A DNA stretch of 20,000 nucleotides. Source: an uncultured virus (IMG/VR IMGVR_UViG_3300036770_003021) (lineage: Duplodnaviria; Heunggongvirae; Uroviricota; Caudoviricetes). Under the pieces are notes generated by a model. That model saw only the letters and a program-made list of their open reading frames with translations. It was not told the origin of the DNA and ran no database searches. Location of the stretch: IMG/VR virus record IMGVR_UViG_3300036770_003021, positions 114,040 through 134,039 of that record. One strand, written 5' to 3'. Positions within the stretch are counted from its first letter, which is position 1. Every line of letters begins with the position of its first letter. Made by a program: the position numbers and the translations under genes. Below are positions 14,946 through 20,000 of the stretch, one piece after another.

Positions 14946-15248
14946 TTAGAAGTTGACCACATTTCCGAGGGTGATCGGTTCCGGGGTGAAGTAGCCACGC
15001 TTCTTCTCAACCCAGGCCCGTTGTTGAGCACGGCGAAGGCCACGGGCGATGCGGTTGCGGACAACCTCTTGTTTGCGGTAGGCAACCACCTCGGCGGACA
15101 GCTGTTGACCCCACTGATCCAGCTGGTTGTAGGTCAGCTCGGACCAGTTGGGACGAGGGCGGAAGCCGTTGATCTCCTTGTAAGTGTCCGAGATGAAACC
15201 GATCAGGTCATCACGGGTGGGGATGAAAGGGACAGAATCAACGTTCAT
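14946..15248 (-). CDS. Hypothetical phage protein
   Basis: ISDTYKEINGFRPR motif; own promoter TTGAGG-16-TAAGAT. Confidence 0.75.
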   Translation of the reverse strand: MNVDSVPFIPTRDDLIGFISDTYKEINGFRPRPNWSELTYNQLDQWGQQLSAEVVAYRKQEVVRNRIARGLRRAQQRAWVEKKRGYFTPEPITLGNVVNF

Positions 15249-15308
15249 TGTGTAAATATCTTATACTACCCAGGCCAAACCTCAAGCTTTTTTCTAAGCT
15301 TTTTTTAA

Positions 15309-15515
15309 CTATTCGTTAGGTAATCCACCCCAGAACAGATCCTGGCAGGCTTGACAACATGCACCAATCTGATATTCTCTTGCACTAATAGCATCACGGA
15401 ACTTATCTGCAGATTTACCACATTCAACACATTGGTTACCGGCTTTGGCTAATATGGCACTACGGCCGAACAGCTTCATTGATAGATTTTCTTTGTATTG
15501 TTCTAGTACAGACAT
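15309..15515 (-). CDS. Small zinc-finger protein
   Basis: CVECG...SAREYQIGACCQACQD. Confidence 0.7.
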   Translation of the reverse strand: MSVLEQYKENLSMKLFGRSAILAKAGNQCVECGKSADKFRDAISAREYQIGACCQACQDLFWGGLPNE

Positions 15516-15516
15516 A

Positions 15517-15801
15517 TTACTTATTCTTTAGATATTGGTCAAAGTCATCTACATTGATGTTGGTGATATTGATAGTATATCCTTTATCAGTCATAGCTTT
15601 GTAGAAGGTGTACATATCACAATCTTCTTCCAGATAGAACTTATGACGTTTGAGAGGTGAATAGGCTGTAATCTTATCCCATACACCAGCCGCATCTCGT
15701 ACATCCTTGATAGGCACTTCTAACCAACTATGACCAGGATCATAAATACGAGTGTAGTTGCGGATCTTAGTATCATTGCTGTATTGTTCAGTGAGAGTCA
15801 T
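15517..15801 (-). CDS. Conserved phage hypothetical protein
   Basis: DPGHSWLEVP...YLEEDCD motif. Confidence 0.75.
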   Translation of the reverse strand: MTLTEQYSNDTKIRNYTRIYDPGHSWLEVPIKDVRDAAGVWDKITAYSPLKRHKFYLEEDCDMYTFYKAMTDKGYTINITNINVDDFDQYLKNK

Positions 15802-15809
15802 AATATTAT

Positions 15810-15944
15810 TTATTCGTTACAATAGTCACCCGCCTCATTTTGGTTGTAGTCAGCCAAATCATCTTCGCCACTACCATCACCAGTGTAACTATACGCGTCA
15901 CCAGTAACACGATCTTCGTAAGCAATATCTTCTGGGTCAATCAT
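15810..15944 (-). CDS. Small acidic protein (44 aa; missed by ORF track)
   Basis: MIDPEDIAYEDRVTGDAYSYTGDGSGEDDLADYNQNEAGDYCNE; fills gap between neighbours. Confidence 0.7.
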   Translation of the reverse strand: MIDPEDIAYEDRVTGDAYSYTGDGSGEDDLADYNQNEAGDYCNE

Positions 15945-15958
15945 ATTATTATTAAAAT

Positions 15959-16150
15959 TTAGTTATTACCGATACTAACCACACCAATCCTATTACCATT
16001 GGAATCTTTGATAGGACGACGAATAGTAATAGTACCTCGTTCACTATCCAACAAAGCACTCTTGCACTGTTGAAGAGTCCGAGTAACTTCCATAAGAAAA
16101 GAATCCTCGAAAGCGGCGTTGTCGGTATCAAACTCAATTTGAACTTTCAT
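15959..16150 (-). CDS. Hypothetical phage protein
   Basis: DNAAF...DSNGNRIG motif; promoter TTGACT-16-TAATCT at 16160-16187. Confidence 0.75.
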   Translation of the reverse strand: MKVQIEFDTDNAAFEDSFLMEVTRTLQQCKSALLDSERGTITIRRPIKDSNGNRIGVVSIGNN

Positions 16151-16200
16151 TGTGTAAATAGATTATCAGGTTTTTAGAAAAAGTCAACAACTATTTTTGA

Positions 16201-16437
16201 TTACCGAATCGAAGCCACGAAGCTCGGACCATTGACTAGTCGAACAAAGTAGCACTCGTTGCGGTCACTGTTCCAGCCGCTGAAGGTGAAATCCTTGTTG
16301 TTGTAGGTCAGCACCTTGTTGGTCAGCTTCTTAACATCATCCCATCCGTTGGGGACACTGAAGGTGAGAAACTCACGGTTCTCAAAAGCGGTATGGTTGA
16401 CCGAAATCTTGTTGGAGGCGATAGAAGCGGTGTTCAT
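16201..16437 (-). CDS. Hypothetical phage protein
   Basis: 78-aa ORF, FSGWNSDRNECYF; promoter upstream. Confidence 0.7.
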   Translation of the reverse strand: MNTASIASNKISVNHTAFENREFLTFSVPNGWDDVKKLTNKVLTYNNKDFTFSGWNSDRNECYFVRLVNGPSFVASIR

Positions 16438-16602
16438 TGTGGAAATATCCTACAGTACCTCGAACGAAAAGTCTAGCACTTTCTTTAACTTTGTGCGTTA
16501 ATGTTAACGTAATTAACGCACTCTCTGGTCCCCCACCCTAGCTTGTTCAGCCGATCTACAAAGACTTTACACCAACCAGTCAGGAAGTCAACACCTAAGT
16601 GC

Positions 16603-16634
16603 AAAAAAATTGGGAGGGTATGTTCACCCTCCCT
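16603..16634 (-). terminator. Intrinsic terminator
   Basis: GGGAGGGT/ACCCTCCC stem followed by T run. Confidence 0.7.
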
Positions 16635-16682
16635 GCGAATCAAAGTGTCTGTATGAGGCCTATAGGGCGTTCTGGCAGCCTT

Positions 16683-17048
16683 TTAGGCGACCACAAGAGA
16701 CCGTTTCTTGTTCCTCTCCCACATCACATCGCTGAGGGCGAACCAGGCACCCTCCGTGCGGCTCGGATGGGCAGAGACTTCATTTTCCAAATCAACGACA
16801 TACGCAAGACTTACTTCGTTCCAACCAAAGCTAGCACACTGAAAATACACACCATTGACACACACGATATCATTGACACACAGTGATCGCTTCTTAGACT
16901 TGACAAACATCTCACTCTCCATCCCAGAACCGTGATTCCATTCAGCGAATACACGTTCCAGAATGTCAGCTGTGGACATATCAGTAGTCAGCACGAATGA
17001 GTTAACAGCTTCGTCTGGGTAAATAACGTGAATAAGATTCTTTTTCAT
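16683..17048 (-). CDS. YodL-like domain protein
   Basis: LERVFAEWN...RSLCVNDIVCV...YFQCASFGW resembles the RSxSVGDVV signature. Confidence 0.55.
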   Translation of the reverse strand: MKKNLIHVIYPDEAVNSFVLTTDMSTADILERVFAEWNHGSGMESEMFVKSKKRSLCVNDIVCVNGVYFQCASFGWNEVSLAYVVDLENEVSAHPSRTEGAWFALSDVMWERNKKRSLVVA

Positions 17049-17057
17049 TACCCCAAA

Positions 17058-17096
17058 AGAATAAACCCTTGACCGTTCAAAGTCAAGGGTTTTTTG
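17058..17096 (-). terminator. Hairpin overlapping next promoter
   Basis: AAACCCTTGAC/GTCAAGGGTTT inverted repeat containing TTGACT-17-TATTCT. Confidence 0.6.
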
Positions 17097-17115
17097 AACT
17101 TTTTCTAAATTATTT

Positions 17116-17469
17116 TTAAGCGGTCACAGTCTCAGTCACAACCTCGGCAGTCACAGTGGCGACAGCCTTGGACTTAGCCAGATTCGCCAGATTGGCCTTG
17201 TAGACCTTGGAGTTGATGAAGATATTGGCCGGCTTGCCCTTGCGACCGGTCTGGACATTACGAGGAAGCTTGGTATACTTGCCATTGGACAGACCCCGAA
17301 GAACAGCGGCTCGGATGGTCACGGCCTTGACATCGGGATTGAGGGTTTGAAGATCCTTGAGAGTGAAGCTCTTGTTGAGGATCAGCTTGAGGTTCTTGGC
17401 AGGACGACCAGCCTTAGAGGTCTTGGTGGAGGTGGAGTTCATATTCGAATCGTTGGAGACGTTAGTCAT
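17116..17469 (-). CDS. Basic putative DNA-binding protein (winged-helix-like, GRP motifs)
   Basis: AGRPAK, FTLKDL, TGRKGKPANIF; start reassigned to MTNVS since promoter TTGATT-16-TAGATT lies at 17480-17507. Confidence 0.6.
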   Translation of the reverse strand: MTNVSNDSNMNSTSTKTSKAGRPAKNLKLILNKSFTLKDLQTLNPDVKAVTIRAAVLRGLSNGKYTKLPRNVQTGRKGKPANIFINSKVYKANLANLAKSKAVATVTAEVVTETVTA

Positions 17470-17635
17470 TACAGAGATAAATCTACCAGAGTTTGTGGCG
17501 GAATCAAGCGTTTTCTGCAACTTTCTTCAAAAAACTTTTGAGTAGGATTGATACCTAAAATCTATATTATTATAAATAAAAAACCAGATAAAGTGTTACC
17601 TCTATCTGGCTTAACCTATTACTAACCCCGACTAA

Positions 17636-18208
17636 TTAAACCACAATATACTCTGTAGCAGGTCGTCCCTTACCTTCTCCCTTTACAGTACCGTTAACCT
17701 TGATACTACCTTCCTTCTCCCACTGTTTGAGGATAGGAAACAACACAGGCTGACTCACACCAAGCACACTCATAAGAAACTTAGCGGTAAACTTGGTACC
17801 CTTATTGAGTGTCATATCCAGCTTAACCTTATTGCTATTGCCACGACGACCACGATTACGTACACCAGTCTTAGCAGCTTCTTCCTTAGCATCCGCACTA
17901 TCTTTAGCTTTAATCACAAGTTGATCAAACCGTTCCTCTGCCTGACCAATAGTACGACAGTCATAAGCAGTCTTACCAAATGCATTAGCGCCTGGATACT
18001 GTTCATAGGATTCCTCTACAACCTTACCATTGGGAAGTGAAGCACCCTTAGGCACAACCTTTACAATAAACACTTCATAACTACGAGGAGTACCATCAGT
18101 GTTGAACCGTTGATAGATGGCAACGTTGTTCTCTTTCTTGATTTGAACGAACTTGTTCATACCAACTTTGTCGTAGTTACCGGTGAATTCTTTCTGGAGT
18201 TTCTTCAT
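17636..18208 (-). CDS. Putative DNA-binding protein with C-terminal winged helix
   Basis: FTAKFL...GVSQPVL...GKGRPATEY; promoter at 18218-18245. Confidence 0.6.
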   Translation of the reverse strand: MKKLQKEFTGNYDKVGMNKFVQIKKENNVAIYQRFNTDGTPRSYEVFIVKVVPKGASLPNGKVVEESYEQYPGANAFGKTAYDCRTIGQAEERFDQLVIKAKDSADAKEEAAKTGVRNRGRRGNSNKVKLDMTLNKGTKFTAKFLMSVLGVSQPVLFPILKQWEKEGSIKVNGTVKGEGKGRPATEYIVV

Positions 18209-18254
18209 GTGGGATACAGTTTAGACTATTTCTGGCCAAAGTCAACGGATTTTT

Positions 18255-18551
18255 TCAACTATTTGAGCTGTTGCGCAGATCTCGGCTGGAGAAGCTGTAT
18301 GTACTATCCAGATACTTAGGATCTGCAGTGATGTGTTCATCTTTAGCAGCATCATAATCAGGCATAAAATCAGGATATTTAGTACGAATCTCTGCGTGAA
18401 TGTCTTCAAGCATACTAAGCTTTGATCTATATAGAGCAACTGATTCTGCACTAGGCGCTGAAAGAGTACTTACATAGTGATTGAGTTCTTCCAGGTACTT
18501 GGCATCTTCTGTTTGTTCTGATTCTAGTTCAGGATTAATATTAGTATTCAT
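18255..18551 (-). CDS. Hypothetical protein
   Basis: 98-aa ORF in co-oriented run. Confidence 0.65.
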   Translation of the reverse strand: MNTNINPELESEQTEDAKYLEELNHYVSTLSAPSAESVALYRSKLSMLEDIHAEIRTKYPDFMPDYDAAKDEHITADPKYLDSTYSFSSRDLRNSSNS

Positions 18552-18572
18552 TATATTTATATTATTTTAAAT

Positions 18573-18704
18573 TTAGTTAAGATCTCCCCAGCTGTAATTT
18601 GAATAACTAAACTTATTCTTGTTGCGCTTGTAGATCTTGTTGGACTCAATGCGCTTGGTGATGGGTTTGGTATCTCCCCAGGTCTTTCTAACTTTAATTT
18701 TCAT
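18573..18704 (-). CDS. Small basic protein (43 aa; missed by ORF track)
   Basis: MKIKVRKTWGDTKPITKRIESNKIYKRNKNKFSYSNYSWGDLN; promoter TTGACT-16-TAAATT at 18711-18738. Confidence 0.7.
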   Translation of the reverse strand: MKIKVRKTWGDTKPITKRIESNKIYKRNKNKFSYSNYSWGDLN

Positions 18705-18794
18705 TTTTATAATTTATCAGGAATTTTTCAGGAGTCAAGACTTATTTTAAGTGCTTTCAGCGCTAATAATTAGTCTTTTTATAAAACTACGATA

Positions 18795-18980
18795 TTATTT
18801 TAATTTAGAAATGATTACAAATTTTGTACGAGTTGTTCCGTAACCAGTTGATTTTCCTTGTTCTTGTCTGCGTTTCAGCCAATCGCTCATTTTAAAAGTA
18901 GTATTGCCATCCATTTTTTTCTTATAAGAATACAAATCGGGATCACCACCACTTATTCTATGTTTGCTTTGAATTTTCAT
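18795..18980 (-). CDS. Small basic hypothetical protein
   Basis: 61-aa ORF; promoter at 18990-19018. Confidence 0.7.
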   Translation of the reverse strand: MKIQSKHRISGGDPDLYSYKKKMDGNTTFKMSDWLKRRQEQGKSTGYGTTRTKFVIISKLK

Positions 18981-19014
18981 CGTGGGTATAGATTACCCTA
19001 GTGGTTCTGGAAAG

Positions 19015-19191
19015 TCAAGGAGTTTTCTTCAAAAAACTTTCGTATTCGGTCCAGTAGTTGGCAAAGGTGGTCTTGAGCTTTTGAAAGTTGGTTTCATCTG
19101 CTAGACGGCACAACACAGAAAGTTGTTTGACAAAGCTACCACCATAGGTTTGCATTGCTTCAAGGATTTGATAATCGTGATCAGTCTTCAT
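19015..19191 (-). CDS. Small conserved phage protein (58 aa; missed by ORF track)
   Basis: MKTDHDYQILEAMQTYGGSFVKQLSVLCRLADETNFQKLKTTFANYWTEYESFLKKTP. Confidence 0.75.
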   Translation of the reverse strand: MKTDHDYQILEAMQTYGGSFVKQLSVLCRLADETNFQKLKTTFANYWTEYESFLKKTP

Positions 19192-19200
19192 ATTATTATA

Positions 19201-19371
19201 TTAGTTCAAAACCGTCATAGTAGAAAACACAGTAACATAATTTTCAGTAACTTCCCATTGAATTTCAAACTTATCAAATTCAGTCATAAGATTTTGAAAA
19301 TCACTGAAATTATTGGTACTAGCAATCAATTTCTTTTTGCCTTCAAGGAGAATAAACATCTTGTATGTCAT
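19201..19371 (-). CDS. Small hypothetical protein (56 aa; missed by ORF track)
   Basis: MTYKMFILLEGKKKLIAST...; promoter TTGACT-16-TAATAT at 19381-19408. Confidence 0.7.
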   Translation of the reverse strand: MTYKMFILLEGKKKLIASTNNFSDFQNLMTEFDKFEIQWEVTENYVTVFSTMTVLN

Positions 19372-19424
19372 TGTAAAAATATATTAAGTTACCCATTCAA
19401 AAAGTCAACAACTTTTTTCAAAAA

Positions 19425-19667
19425 TTATTTGAAAGCGGATATTGACCGAACCATCGTAATATTCTCAACATTTCTAGAAATAAGAAACAAAGCTCCACCT
19501 TTTTGATCAGTAAACATATGTTCTTCTCTAATTTTCTTCTCTAACTCACTTTGAAGATATTCACTAATAATAGGGTCACCCTCAGTATTTTCATCCTCAA
19601 GCGTATTTATACGCAACACCACCGTGTAGGTCTTAAGCTTCATTGAGGCTTCTGGTTCTTCAATCAT
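19425..19667 (-). CDS. Hypothetical protein
   Basis: 80-aa ORF in co-oriented run. Confidence 0.65.
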   Translation of the reverse strand: MIEEPEASMKLKTYTVVLRINTLEDENTEGDPIISEYLQSELEKKIREEHMFTDQKGGALFLISRNVENITMVRSISAFK

Positions 19668-19692
19668 CGTGGGTATATAAAATATAGTTTTT

Positions 19693-19863
19693 TTATTTTT
19701 CTTTTGTTACCCTAAAGATAACAAACAGAATAACGCTCAGTTTAAAAAAGAACAAAGCCATTTCTTTTGTTAGATCATTTCCAAGTGGACCGAGCGCAAA
19801 TAAAACACCCGCAACCAAAGTAGCGATATATCCGATAACAAGTTCTTCACGATTAATTTTCAT
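19693..19863 (-). CDS. Small two-TM membrane protein (56 aa; missed by ORF track)
   Basis: MKINREELVIGYIATLVAGVLFALGPLGNDLTKEMALFFFKLSVILFVIFRVTKEK. Confidence 0.65.
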   Translation of the reverse strand: MKINREELVIGYIATLVAGVLFALGPLGNDLTKEMALFFFKLSVILFVIFRVTKEK

Positions 19864-19873
19864 TTTTTATTAT

Positions 19874-19999
19874 TCAATCAAGTTCTTCACTCACCAAATA
19901 ATGCATCTTAATCTCCTGAAACTCAATCTCAATATCATCACCCTCAATATCTTCCATCACCAACATTCCATTCTTAACAAAAGCACCATTCAATCCATC
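19874..19999 (-). CDS. 3' end of acidic hypothetical protein (truncated by window)
   Basis: Open frame DGLNGAFVKNGMLVMEDIEGDDIEIEFQEIKMHYLVSEELD*. Confidence 0.55.
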   Translation of the reverse strand, partial: DGLNGAFVKNGMLVMEDIEGDDIEIEFQEIKMHYLVSEELD

Positions 20000-20000
20000 C

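Noticed and set aside
15021..19506. Plus-strand and alternative-frame ORFs in the early region (15021, 15952, 16316, 16599, 17347, 17357, 18110, 18242, 19123)
   Set aside because: Shadow ORFs of promoter-supported minus-strand genes.
1..20000. CRISPR array, rRNA, tmRNA, IS element
   Set aside because: No regularly spaced identical repeats, rRNA motifs, tag-peptide frame or transposase seen.

Overview
Segment of a large (jumbo-type) AT-rich dsDNA phage genome, almost entirely transcribed from the minus strand. A Verrucomicrobiota host is inferred from two host-like genes. Left part (1-11.4 kb): two tRNA arrays totalling 29 tRNA genes plus tRNA-like and structured spacers, interleaved with two HNH and one GIY-YIG homing endonucleases, a trypsin-like protease, an outer-membrane beta-barrel and a Mom-like DNA-modification protein. 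Middle (11.6-14.2 kb): C-skewed block with glycosyltransferase-like and methyltransferase genes. Right part (14.2-20 kb): small early-type genes, most with their own TTGACN-16/17-TANNNT promoter and almost no leader. Main finding: each tRNA array is headed by an unannotated leader peptide plus protector/antiterminator/terminator, a classical attenuator layout, and the leader codons match the tRNAs of the array behind it. This suggests a phage multi-tRNA depletion sensor. Second finding: about half of the tRNAs have a co-varied non-canonical elbow (A18/G55 with T-A, A-T or G-G at 54/58). All calls were made by eye; no searches or folding programs were run.
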